A stretch of DNA of 64,000 nt from a virus. Positions 48,466 to 57,914 of the stretch are shown here, piece after piece (the stretch's first letter is position 1; each line of letters starts with the position of its first letter). The position numbers and the translations under genes are program-made. The notes beneath the pieces are model-generated. The model was not told the DNA's origin, made no database searches, and saw only the letters and a list, made by a program, of their open reading frames with translations. Where the stretch lies: positions 22,300 through 86,299 of the IMG/VR virus record IMGVR_UViG_3300018421_000015. One strand, written 5' to 3'.

Positions 48466-49183
48466 TGTATTCAACCTCTTTCATTTCTGGTTCTTGCAGG
48501 TCGGGTAGACCATCATGTCTAGGACCTATTCTTTCACCTTTTTCATTTAATCCTGTGCGTATTCCGTTCATCCACGTCCAGGGCTCATCACGAAGCTTTT
48601 TCATCTTGGCCTCGCTGTAGGACATTCTTTCATCCATAAGATCTGGTTTATCCCAAAGGTATTCAACCTCAACTTCCATTTCTGGCATCAAGTTAGAGGG
48701 GTATACTGAAAAGAATATGAACGGCATCCCTGCAGGAAATACCACTGGCTCATTAACCTTAGTTATCTTCCAACCAGCTTGAACCTCATCTGGCCACCAA
48801 TCAGAGGGGATGCTAGCCGTAAGTGGTACAGCGCCATCAATAAAATAGTTTGGTGAACCACTAATCCATGTATGATATCCAGGCTCTGTCTTAAAAGCCC
48901 ATCCAATATGAAAATCGATCATACCTATCTTATTGCAATTCGCAATAGTTCTACCACGGTAGACATCACCTTCAACGATTTTAGGGACACTGTTGCCACC
49001 TTCCCAAGTGACAACAATGTCCTGCTGCAAAATGGCTTCCCAACCATTTACATTTGCAGCACTGAGTGGAAGACATCTATAAGCATGTTTGTTATAGGTG
49101 TCATCCATCCAGTCTCTTTTCAGTCTCGACTGCTTTATTTCAGGCGAGATCTGATGTGTTCTTATTAAGGTAAGCTTTGACAT
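48458..49183 (-). CDS. DUF6065-family protein
   Basis: RDWMD.T..KHAYRCLPL..AN..GW, FKTEPG...GSPN, PL...I.SDW, F..G.PF. Confidence 0.8.
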   Translation of the reverse strand: MSKLTLIRTHQISPEIKQSRLKRDWMDDTYNKHAYRCLPLSAANVNGWEAILQQDIVVTWEGGNSVPKIVEGDVYRGRTIANCNKIGMIDFHIGWAFKTEPGYHTWISGSPNYFIDGAVPLTASIPSDWWPDEVQAGWKITKVNEPVVFPAGMPFIFFSVYPSNLMPEMEVEVEYLWDKPDLMDERMSYSEAKMKKLRDEPWTWMNGIRTGLNEKGERIGPRHDGLPDLQEPEMKEVEYNG

Positions 49184-50070
49184 TATTTAGCGCCTGCCAC
49201 ATATTGTTGATATTGACCCATATTAGCCATGTCCCCACCATGGGTTTGCCACTGCCTATAGCTTTCCATCGCATACTTTTGGATCTCTTCTAGTATTATC
49301 TCCCTAAGTCTAACCTCATCCATGTTGATCGGCTCATTACCCTTCTTAAGGGTCGCTGACCCACCAGACTTTACCACCGGCACTTCGTCAGCATTAAAAG
49401 AAGGTTTCTCTGGCTGCGAATACGACTGACCAAAATCTCTGGAGAATCCACCATGCTGATGAGCGTCATCATTATAATCAAACATTGTTACAGCACTATA
49501 CTTTATACCTGAAGTAACTGGTTTTGAAGCGTGGGCAAACAAAAAGGTTGACGGGAAAAAAACGCTGTCTCCAGCTTTAGGATAGTATGTTAAGTCCAGG
49601 TAAGGAAAATACAACTCTCCACCTTCGTAGTCATCGTTCAGATATGTAACACAAGACACTGTGCATATGTAGGAGAACCCATGATCAGTATGGGTACTGA
49701 AGTGCTCGTTTACGCCGTATCTGACAAAGTTAATAGCCTCCATATAGTTCATTGTTATACCATATGCCGAGCAGTAATCTTTTAAGCATTCCTTTTGTGC
49801 TCCGGCTACCGATGTATAAACATCAATAATATCAGAAAACTCTTCTGGAGTACCAGATATATACTTATCATCCATCTTAAAATCGACACAGTCCCTATAG
49901 TCTGGCATCTTTACGCCTTCGCCAACAAGAGAATCATGCCACTTAAAATAGTCATGAGTACTATCACGAAGAGCTGTCTCCAATCTAATTGGAACATTAA
50001 CTTCTGGTGATACAGAATCATTATATACTACTATCCCCATTTTGGGATCTCCTAGGTATTCTTTTTTCAC
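49183..50070 (-). CDS. 2OG-Fe(II) oxygenase, P4H-like
   Basis: HTD...YLNDDYEGGELYF...FAHAS.PV.SG.KY. Confidence 0.92.
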   Translation of the reverse strand: MKKEYLGDPKMGIVVYNDSVSPEVNVPIRLETALRDSTHDYFKWHDSLVGEGVKMPDYRDCVDFKMDDKYISGTPEEFSDIIDVYTSVAGAQKECLKDYCSAYGITMNYMEAINFVRYGVNEHFSTHTDHGFSYICTVSCVTYLNDDYEGGELYFPYLDLTYYPKAGDSVFFPSTFLFAHASKPVTSGIKYSAVTMFDYNDDAHQHGGFSRDFGQSYSQPEKPSFNADEVPVVKSGGSATLKKGNEPINMDEVRLREIILEEIQKYAMESYRQWQTHGGDMANMGQYQQYVAGAK

Positions 50071-50639
50071 TTTGTCTCCTTATTTAGTATGTGCCAAAAT
50101 CCAGTACATGCTGATCTATCTCCAGATTCTACCTCAATAACGGTATGCATGTGGTCTTCATCTGAGGGAAAGTATATTGCTGAACCAGCCAATGGCTGTA
50201 TTTCAATATCCAAGTCTGGGAACACTAAACTACCTCCCTCAAAATTCTCTGTCAAATAAAGTATAGAGCTTATATCTCTGCTTGGGAGCCCACTGTATGT
50301 AGGTAAATCAGACCAGCAATCTGCATGATATTCGAGAACCCATCCGGGAGTATATCTAACAACAGTACCAATACCCTCTTCACCCACTGTGCAGTTAAAA
50401 TCTTTTTCTATATTTTCTTTTATTATTTTATTTTTTTCCTCTAGAATCAAGGAGGCCATACAACAACTGCTTCCCTCCCCAAGAATCTCTCCTTGTTCTC
50501 CCACTTCGAAAAACTGATTGTCACTAAGCTCATCTTTGTTCCAGACAGCTTCACCTATACAATCGTGTACAGTCTTTAATTCTTCATGAGTAAATAAGCT
50601 AGCAATAATATATATATCTTTTATCTTAATTTTTCTCAT
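50067..50639 (-). CDS. 2OG-Fe(II) oxygenase, P4H-like
   Basis: HAD...FEGG.LVF...HMHTV..V.SG.R. Confidence 0.9.
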   Translation of the reverse strand: MRKIKIKDIYIIASLFTHEELKTVHDCIGEAVWNKDELSDNQFFEVGEQGEILGEGSSCCMASLILEEKNKIIKENIEKDFNCTVGEEGIGTVVRYTPGWVLEYHADCWSDLPTYSGLPSRDISSILYLTENFEGGSLVFPDLDIEIQPLAGSAIYFPSDEDHMHTVIEVESGDRSACTGFWHILNKETK

Positions 50640-51259
50640 AGAAGCTCCGTGATGGTATAAAAAGAGGGTGTAGTCCATCTTTCACCCTGAATCACAGGCT
50701 TAACACCATGCAGGTAGTGAATATCACCTGGATGAGCAACAGCTAGACCCGGTTTTATCTTTAGCTCAATGTCAAACTCTGGGTAATAGAATTCTCCACC
50801 CTCAAAGTCTTCATTCCAGTATATTATGGAATTAATATCATAAGTAGGAAATGGATTTGGTGATCCATCATTCAACTGTTTATCAGCATGAGGTTGCTGC
50901 TCGTTACCCGGTAACCATCTAATTAAAACTGGCGGTCTCTGATATAACTTCACTTTAAATTTATCTTCAAGCGCTCTTTGCATCTTGACAATATATGAAT
51001 CGATGAGATTATATATATCAGGATTTAATTCACCTATTATTCTTCCAGAACACATTCTGTCCCACCAATACGATGCGTCGTAGGTGCAAGTACCATCTTC
51101 GTTGAACTCATCTTCCATAGGATTCTCCCACTTATCTATAGTTGGAAAGAAGTCCTGAAGGATTTTGAGATCAGACGGCTCCACGAAGTCTTCAATAATA
51201 AGTATATTATCTAAAGAGTCACCAAAATGACCAGGCTGAATTAAAGATTTTTCTTCCAT
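50636..51259 (-). CDS. 2OG-Fe(II) oxygenase, P4H-like
   Basis: HAD...DFEGGEFYYP...YLHGV.PV..GER. ATG at 51259. Confidence 0.92.
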   Translation of the reverse strand: MEEKSLIQPGHFGDSLDNILIIEDFVEPSDLKILQDFFPTIDKWENPMEDEFNEDGTCTYDASYWWDRMCSGRIIGELNPDIYNLIDSYIVKMQRALEDKFKVKLYQRPPVLIRWLPGNEQQPHADKQLNDGSPNPFPTYDINSIIYWNEDFEGGEFYYPEFDIELKIKPGLAVAHPGDIHYLHGVKPVIQGERWTTPSFYTITELL

Positions 51260-51265
51260 AAAAAC

Positions 51266-51276
51266 AGTATACCACA
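51266..51276 (-). promoter_or_regulatory. extended -10 promoter, leaderless
   Basis: TGTGGTATACT lies 6 nt upstream of ATG 51259 and there is no SD. Confidence 0.6.
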
Positions 51277-51308
51277 ACCTACCCCGGACTATCAATCCGG
51301 GGTAGGTT
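51276..51308 (-). terminator. intrinsic terminator-like hairpin after the FN3/PPFF gene
   Basis: Perfect 13-bp stem AACCTACCCCGGA/TCCGGGGTAGGTT with a 7-nt loop. Confidence 0.75.
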
Positions 51309-51314
51309 TACTTC

Positions 51315-53471
51315 TCACTTAAATGATGGTGGGAAGAATGGCGGGAAGAATGGTGGGAAGAATGGCGGGAAGAATGGCGGGAAATAAGGTGGGAAGTAAG
51401 GCGGGAAGAACGGTGGGAAGAACGGTGGGAAATAGGGTGGGAAGAACGGTGGGAAGAACGGTGGGAAGTAAGGCGGGAAGAACGGCGGGAAGAACGGTGG
51501 GAAGTAAGGCGGGAAAAACGGCGGGAAGAATGGTGGGAAATATGGTGGGAAGAATGGTGGGAAGAACGGTGGGAAGTAAGGCGGGAAGAACGGTGGGAAA
51601 TATGGCGGGAAGAATGGCGTAATAGTTGTACCATCACCAGACCTTTCGTAATACCCATTCCAAGGATTAACAGAAATAAACCACTCTCTATTATCCAAAC
51701 CTGATATAGTACCACTCCAAGTATTAGCAGCATTGGGGATGATAGCCTTCAATGTAAAAACACTACTCCCAGTTAGTGGCGTTGGAGATGCATATATTTT
51801 GTAATTATTCGGCGCGTAACTAGACCCACCGAATCCTCCACCAGTCCAGCTAACAGTAACCTGACCTTCAGTAGCGGTGTTAGTTAAGGTAACATTACTA
51901 ATGTCCCCCGGTACACCAGCTGACTGAACCTCTGTTGTACTTGTTCTCCAACCAGAGCTTGCCACATCATTATTTGATCTAACCCTATATTCGTATATAG
52001 ATCCTTGTGTGGTACTATGGGTATACGACGTGCTAGAAGTAGTAGTTACAGTTGACCATGAGCCAGAATTGTTTACATTTGCCTGCAATGTATAGGTAAT
52101 GCTTGAGTCACCAGCACCATCAGAAGCTGACCAGCTAATATTAATCTTATTACCATAGCTAGTGCTATCTCCAATGACATGACCCTGACCAGTAATCGTT
52201 TCCCCAACAGTATCTACACCACCATCGCCAGTAGCCTCATGTGAATATGAAATACTCGCTGGTGTTGAAGGAGTTCCGAAAACTAAAATACTAGCTGAAG
52301 CTGAATAATTAGAACCGGTATTAGTGTTATTATTGAACGTTTTTAATCTTACATAATATGTAGTATTAGAAGATAATCCACTTAAGGACGAAGATGTGCC
52401 GATGGTTGATGTAGAATAAAGCCAAGTTGCATTGTCGGTTGAATAATATACGTCAGTAACTATGTTACCTGCAGCTGCGCCGCCATAGTTTCCTGTTTTC
52501 GTCCAAGAAATATATATAGATCCAGAACTTAATCTTGACAAAGAAGGAGTACCCGGTGCACCAGGCTCATCGTAAGCTGTGGCCGAAGCACTAGAGCTGT
52601 ATGATGAACTGCCAACAGAGTTATTTGTTCTAACTCTAAAGTAATACACTTGACTTGCACTAGTATCATCAGGGACATCGTACCCAAGTGTAGCACTGGT
52701 TCCAGTCACACCTGTTGAAAGATTAAACCACGTGGCATTATCTGTAGAGTATTGAACGTCGTAAGTTCTATTAGCAGTGGTGTCTCCACCTAAAGAGGTA
52801 ACATGAGACCACGAAACAGTTAGCGTAGCTGGATCTGCGGTAGTGGTTGCTGAGGCAGAAATGGAAGGAGCAGAAGGAGTAGTAAGTGGGGTAGCAGTGG
52901 ATCCACCCTGAACATAAGAGGATTGATATAAACTATTTTCAGTTCTAACACGATAATAATAGGCGGTGCCGTTAGTTAGAGATGTTATAGTCTTAGAGTT
53001 TGTTCCAAAAGCAACTGTTCCAGCACTTGTCCAAGTAGAACCATTTGTAGAATACTCTACCCTGTAAACAGTGTTTGCATTTGTGTCTCCACCGGTATCG
53101 CCTGCCGACCAAGAAACTGTAATCTGACCGTTGCCTACTGATGCACTAAGTGAAGAAGGAGCTCCAGGTGTTGTTATGAAAGATAATAATGAAACAGGCG
53201 TATAGGCTTCACTGACTACGCCAGAATCAGTAGTAGCAACAACAGTGATAGCGGGGGTAGTACCTGCAGATATGTCGCTAGAGGTAAAAGTAATTACGTT
53301 GCTTGTTGAAGACTTTTCGACAACACCATTTGAAGCCTTATAAGTGATTGCATCTTCCCCGTCTCTACCGGCATACTCCAGGGTTACGGTTACTACAAAA
53401 TTACCATCACTGTTTGCTAAAGAAACATCACTAATTATTGGTTGCTTACCACCATAATCTTTAACTGCCAT
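51315..53471 (-). CDS. Multi-fibronectin type III virion-type protein with C-terminal (PP[F/Y]F)n tail
   Basis: About five FN3 repeats (P.AP...I.VSW...Y.V.YS...W...L...T.YY.RVR..N) followed by a Pro/aromatic repeat. Confidence 0.88.
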   Translation of the reverse strand: MAVKDYGGKQPIISDVSLANSDGNFVVTVTLEYAGRDGEDAITYKASNGVVEKSSTSNVITFTSSDISAGTTPAITVVATTDSGVVSEAYTPVSLLSFITTPGAPSSLSASVGNGQITVSWSAGDTGGDTNANTVYRVEYSTNGSTWTSAGTVAFGTNSKTITSLTNGTAYYYRVRTENSLYQSSYVQGGSTATPLTTPSAPSISASATTTADPATLTVSWSHVTSLGGDTTANRTYDVQYSTDNATWFNLSTGVTGTSATLGYDVPDDTSASQVYYFRVRTNNSVGSSSYSSSASATAYDEPGAPGTPSLSRLSSGSIYISWTKTGNYGGAAAGNIVTDVYYSTDNATWLYSTSTIGTSSSLSGLSSNTTYYVRLKTFNNNTNTGSNYSASASILVFGTPSTPASISYSHEATGDGGVDTVGETITGQGHVIGDSTSYGNKINISWSASDGAGDSSITYTLQANVNNSGSWSTVTTTSSTSYTHSTTQGSIYEYRVRSNNDVASSGWRTSTTEVQSAGVPGDISNVTLTNTATEGQVTVSWTGGGFGGSSYAPNNYKIYASPTPLTGSSVFTLKAIIPNAANTWSGTISGLDNREWFISVNPWNGYYERSGDGTTITPFFPPYFPPFFPPYFPPFFPPFFPPYFPPFFPPFFPPYFPPFFPPFFPPYFPPFFPPFFPPYFPPFFPPFFPPYFPPYFPPFFPPFFPPFFPPFFPPSFK
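51321..51617 (-). repeat. 12-bp coding tandem repeat: PFF + 24 x PP(F/Y/S)F
   Basis: Direct translation. Higher-order PPYF-PPFF-PPFF (36-nt) period. Variation is mostly synonymous. Confidence 0.95.
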
Positions 53472-53504
53472 TTTCTACACCTATCTTAAATTTAAACCTA
53501 AACA

Positions 53505-53513
53505 ATTATAACA
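53505..53513 (-). promoter_or_regulatory. extended -10 promoter
   Basis: TGTTATAAT upstream of 53471. Confidence 0.45.
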
Positions 53514-53521
53514 TTTTTTAG

Positions 53522-56500
53522 CTATGCCGACAAGTCGCCGGTAACTATCCAGGTATCTGAACCCCTCTTAATCAACGTGGCCATAGAATACTGATCTCTT
53601 AACTTCAAGCCTGGCGTTGCATGAGCAGAAACTCCAGAACCAGCAGCTATAGTAGTTTGACCAGCATTGGTTTGAAGAACCATAATTTGCGTACCAATTG
53701 GGAAGTTTACACTCGACTCAGGTGGTATGGTTAAGGTATTGGTGCTCGTGTGGCTCATCTCAATCATCTTATCTTTATCAGATAATGCTAAAGTATATGA
53801 AGCTGTCTGCTGATTAAACTTAACTAGTGAAGAACTAAATTCTATTTCGTCAGTACCATTACCAACAACAATCTTGTCCTCGGTTGTATCCCAAGCAATC
53901 CTTCCATCTGTAGATGAAGTTGTTGTCGACAAAGTTAACTCTGGCGTATTTACTACGGGTGAAGTCAAAGTTTTATTAGTCAAAGTCTCAGTACCGGCGA
54001 CAGTCGCTGCAGTCCCTGAAGCTGGAAGTGTAATGCTAGATCCGGAGGCATCAGCCGTAAATGTTACATTCCCAGTGTTAAGGGTAATTGTTCTACCCGC
54101 ATTGTTCACACCTGTGCCGCCATAAGCAGAGTCTATTACAGTTGCGTTCCATGTGCCGGATGTAAGAGTTCCTACTCCGGTAATCTGAGTTTGACTTGCA
54201 TTAACTGAAAATTCTGTACCAGTTAAAGTTAATCCAGTTCCAGCAGTGAATGCTCCTGCACCAGAGAACTGAATAAACGTAACATCACTTGATCCAACAC
54301 TTGTTACTGGCTCAGACAAAACCCATCCAGTATCAGCGTAAGAAGACCCATGGGTAACAAATATAAAGTCACCACCAGCCATTTCCGTAGGTGTATCGAA
54401 ATCATCTGCACGCGTCAAAACTGTTGTTGAAGTAACAACGTAAACACCATTGTGTGCAGATGTAGACTCACCTGCAATAAGAACTCTATCATCAGTTGTG
54501 AGATCAGTATCTCCGTCAATGTCACCACCAGATAAATCAAGAGCGGTTGAAAGCGTTAATGTTGCACCAACTCCATCAGTTCCATTGTCATAAGTTACCG
54601 TATCTCCAGTAATAGTGGCCAAAGATGTTGTTGTTATCGCATGAACCTGCTCGTGAACGTGTAAACCTTCCGAGACAGCATCAACGTAGCCCTTGGTTGC
54701 GGCATCCGTTGACTGCGTTGGAGTAGACAGATTAGTAATCTTGTTGCTATTGGCATCTATATCTCCACCGGCTTGAATGGTACTACTAAACACTGCTGCA
54801 CCAGTTACATCCAAAGTCCCAGTTACGGTAAGATTATCATCAACAGTGGTCTCTCCGCTAGCAGAATCAAGTGTTAGACCATCAGAAGATGTATCAATTT
54901 CGTTGTCTCCAGTGACCCCGACCTGAATATTACCAAGTGTTCCACCAGCAAACGTAGGACTGTCTCCAGTTGCCACAGACTGACCAATAGCAACTGTCGT
55001 TGCTGCACCTTCTCCGGTGCCAGAAGTAACTGTTACACCAGTACCAGCTGTAATTGATTCAATATAGTCTCCTGTAGTATCAGTACCCAGGGCAACGCTG
55101 TCTGCTGCAACTGTAGCCGTTAGTGTTACATCTGCTGAGCCATTTACTGATACAGAACCAGTTAAATCACCGGCCAATGTAATAGTTCTTGCTGTTGCCC
55201 AAGTTGATGCGGTGCTTGCATTTCCTGTAACATCCCCAGTTAAGTTAGCAGTAACGGTATTAAACGTAACATTTGAGGTGGTTTCAACTGCTTGACCTAT
55301 GGAAACTGTTGGGGTTTGACCCTCTCCAGTATCTACGGAAACTGCGATACCTGTTCCAGCTACCAGGTTCTGAACATAATCCCCTGTAGTATCGGTTCCC
55401 AAAGCAACACTGTTGGCAGATATTGTTGTGCTAATCGAAACATCTGCTGATCCATCTATTAAAACGTCGCCTGTGACATCACCTGTAAGCGCTATCTGCC
55501 TAGAAGTGGCCCAAGTTGATGCTGTGTCAGCGTTACCAGTGACATCACCCGTGACATCTCCAGTGACATCTCCAGTGACATTTCCAGTTACGTTGCCAGT
55601 AAGATTGCCAGTGACATTACCTGTTACATCACCCGTGACGTCACCAGTAACATTTCCGATAAGGTTACCGCTAACATCACCAGTAACATCACCAGTAACA
55701 TCTCCAGTTAGATTCCCCGTAACATTACCTGTAAGATTACCCGTGACATCTCCGGTGATGTCACCAGTGACGTTACCAGTAACATTACCGGTAATATCAC
55801 CAGTGACATCTCCGGTAAAAGTTTTGTTTAATGAGTCTACTATTTTTACTGGGGTAGCATCCTGAGAGTAAACATCTCCTGTTAGATCACCATCAACATT
55901 ACCGGTTAGGTTACCGGTCACATTACCGGTCACATTCCCAGTTAGGTCTCCGGTTACATCTCCAGTTAAGTCACCAGCGACATTACCGTTAACACTTCCC
56001 GTTACATCACCTGTAACATCTCCAGTTAAATTACCAGTAACATTACCGGTTAAATTACCCGTAACATCACCGGTTACATCACCGGTAACATCACCTGTAA
56101 CATTTCCAGTTACGTTTCCAGTTACATTGCCCGTAACGTTACCGGTCAAATCACCAGTAACACCACCAGTAAATGAAGCGTTTGTGCCATCTGTTCCGCT
56201 ATGTAATACTCGTGACGTTCCGTTAGATGCGTAAACATCTCCGATCACATTACCGGTCACATTACCAGTCACATTACCTGTCACATTACCAGTCACATTA
56301 CCAGTTAGGTCTCCGGTTACATCTCCAGTTAAATCACCAGTGACATTACCGGTAACGTTACCGTTCAAGTCACCAGTAACATCACCGGTAAATGAAGCGT
56401 CTGTACCATCTGTTCCGCTATCTAATATTTGTGATCCATTACTCGAATAAACATCTCCCGTTACATTACCGGTCACATTACCGGTTACATTACCTGCAAC

Positions 56501-57826
56501 GTCACCAGTTACATCACCTGTCAGATCACCAGTAAATGATGTCGAAGTTACGGAAGATAAACCCGTTAATGATGAATCTAAATTGATTGTATTATCAGAT
56601 TTCGATAGATTATCTCCAGCTGTTAATGTATTAGTTCCAGTAAACTGTGTATATGTAATACTATCTGTGCCTAGCACATGCACATTGTTTGTACCAGAAC
56701 CATAAGAAACTATAATAAAACCCTGATTACCATTTAATGTTCCAGCAGTAGCAAAAACGGCATCGCCGGTATTAATCGATTCAGGTGAGCCATCAGCATC
56801 TGTTGCCCTTGTCAATTCCCAGGTCGTAGTTGACGAACCCTGATCTGTTACTTCGTATATACCATTCTGTGACGCAGTTGACTGATTCTTAATCAGAACC
56901 CTATCACCCGTAGTAGCATTTGATCCATCTATAGATAACCTACCATTAGTAGTTGCAGAAAGTGTAGCACCTACGCCACTAGTACCGTTATCATATGAGG
57001 GGCTATTTGACAGGGCACCAGCTGAAGCATACCTGACGGCTTCGTGCCAGTGCACACCGGCTGCAATAGAGTCAGCATAGGCTTTGGTAGCTATTTCACC
57101 AGTGTTAACTGCTATAGTAGGGGTTGAGTTTTCTCCAGAATTATTAGTTAAACTAATACCGGTGCCTGCAACAAGTGAGGCTACATAATCACCAGTTGTA
57201 TTGGTTCCAAGCTCAATGCTATCAGCCTGAATTGTGGCAGTTATGTTTATATCTGTTGAGCCATTAAACGAAGCTGAACCTGCAACATCACCAGATATTT
57301 GAATAGTACGAGAGTTCGCAAGCGTAGTAGCAGTACCAGCATTCCCGCTTACATTACCAGTTACATCACCAGTAACATCACCAGTAAGATCACCAGTAAC
57401 GTTGCCGGTAACATTACCAGTAACATTGCCGGTTACGTTGCCACTTAAATCGCCAGTAATATCGGCGGTAACGGTATTAAAAGTAACATCTGAGGTTGTT
57501 TCAACAGCTTGACCAATTGCAACTGTAGGGGTGGCATTTTCGCCAGAATTGTCGGTAAGAGTTATGCCCGTACCGGCAACAAGTGACTGAACATAGCTTC
57601 CAACAGTGTCTGTTGCCAAATCTACTGGATCATTAATCCAATTAGATCCATTATGCCTAAGAAAGTCGCCACTTGCGACATCTTCAATTACAACATCACC
57701 GATACTATTAATACTATCAGCTATAGTTACTTCTCTTATCCACGCGGTTCCATTCCATATCCAAGATGCTCCATCTACAGAATATGTGTCATTGACCGAA
57801 GGATTGTCAGGAAAATTTAAAGCCAT
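53522..57826 (-). CDS. Long tail fibre-like protein with G(N/D)(V/L)T tetrapeptide arrays
   Basis: Extensive GNVT/GDVT/GDLT runs, four T.T.G.Y..SL.AGTG modules, a duplicated DRVL...NG.Y.V...LTRA.D domain and a C-terminal YTL..D...QYS.ATLIKR..DTW domain. Confidence 0.85.
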   Translation of the reverse strand: MALNFPDNPSVNDTYSVDGASWIWNGTAWIREVTIADSINSIGDVVIEDVASGDFLRHNGSNWINDPVDLATDTVGSYVQSLVAGTGITLTDNSGENATPTVAIGQAVETTSDVTFNTVTADITGDLSGNVTGNVTGNVTGNVTGDLTGDVTGDVTGNVSGNAGTATTLANSRTIQISGDVAGSASFNGSTDINITATIQADSIELGTNTTGDYVASLVAGTGISLTNNSGENSTPTIAVNTGEIATKAYADSIAAGVHWHEAVRYASAGALSNSPSYDNGTSGVGATLSATTNGRLSIDGSNATTGDRVLIKNQSTASQNGIYEVTDQGSSTTTWELTRATDADGSPESINTGDAVFATAGTLNGNQGFIIVSYGSGTNNVHVLGTDSITYTQFTGTNTLTAGDNLSKSDNTINLDSSLTGLSSVTSTSFTGDLTGDVTGDVAGNVTGNVTGNVTGDVYSSNGSQILDSGTDGTDASFTGDVTGDLNGNVTGNVTGDLTGDVTGDLTGNVTGNVTGNVTGNVTGNVIGDVYASNGTSRVLHSGTDGTNASFTGGVTGDLTGNVTGNVTGNVTGNVTGDVTGDVTGDVTGNLTGNVTGNLTGDVTGDVTGSVNGNVAGDLTGDVTGDLTGNVTGNVTGNLTGNVDGDLTGDVYSQDATPVKIVDSLNKTFTGDVTGDITGNVTGNVTGDITGDVTGNLTGNVTGNLTGDVTGDVTGDVSGNLIGNVTGDVTGDVTGNVTGNLTGNVTGNVTGDVTGDVTGDVTGNADTASTWATSRQIALTGDVTGDVLIDGSADVSISTTISANSVALGTDTTGDYVQNLVAGTGIAVSVDTGEGQTPTVSIGQAVETTSNVTFNTVTANLTGDVTGNASTASTWATARTITLAGDLTGSVSVNGSADVTLTATVAADSVALGTDTTGDYIESITAGTGVTVTSGTGEGAATTVAIGQSVATGDSPTFAGGTLGNIQVGVTGDNEIDTSSDGLTLDSASGETTVDDNLTVTGTLDVTGAAVFSSTIQAGGDIDANSNKITNLSTPTQSTDAATKGYVDAVSEGLHVHEQVHAITTTSLATITGDTVTYDNGTDGVGATLTLSTALDLSGGDIDGDTDLTTDDRVLIAGESTSAHNGVYVVTSTTVLTRADDFDTPTEMAGGDFIFVTHGSSYADTGWVLSEPVTSVGSSDVTFIQFSGAGAFTAGTGLTLTGTEFSVNASQTQITGVGTLTSGTWNATVIDSAYGGTGVNNAGRTITLNTGNVTFTADASGSSITLPASGTAATVAGTETLTNKTLTSPVVNTPELTLSTTTSSTDGRIAWDTTEDKIVVGNGTDEIEFSSSLVKFNQQTASYTLALSDKDKMIEMSHTSTNTLTIPPESSVNFPIGTQIMVLQTNAGQTTIAAGSGVSAHATPGLKLRDQYSMATLIKRGSDTWIVTGDLSA

Positions 57827-57914
57827 GGTTACCTCATAGAATAGCTATACTTGGTCTCTACTAAATAGTAACAAGATTGTGCTATAACACAATAGATAAG
57901 TTTGGGCAATATAC

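Noticed and set aside
51321-51617. Regular GGGAAGAA repeat as a CRISPR array or a non-coding G-rich element
   Set aside because: It has a 12-nt period with no unique spacers, and the variation is synonymous in the PPxF frame.
51308-51733. Alternative ORFs over the repeat (Ser/His/Arg-rich minus ORF, and 51323..51622 plus ORF)
   Set aside because: These are stop-free shadow frames of the coding repeat with no convincing RBS.
55413-55865. Plus-strand PVTS/PVTL repeat ORF (also 53874, 61120, 62448)
   Set aside because: Antisense shadows of the fibre repeats.
55530-57470. Ice-nucleation protein
   Set aside because: It lacks the InaZ AGYGSTxTA 16-mer repeat, and the context is tail fibre.
57878-57888. 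TGTGCTATAAC plus-strand promoter-like site pointing antisense into the GT2 gene
   Set aside because: The last -10 base is non-consensus and there is no credible downstream gene, so it cannot be supported without TSS data.
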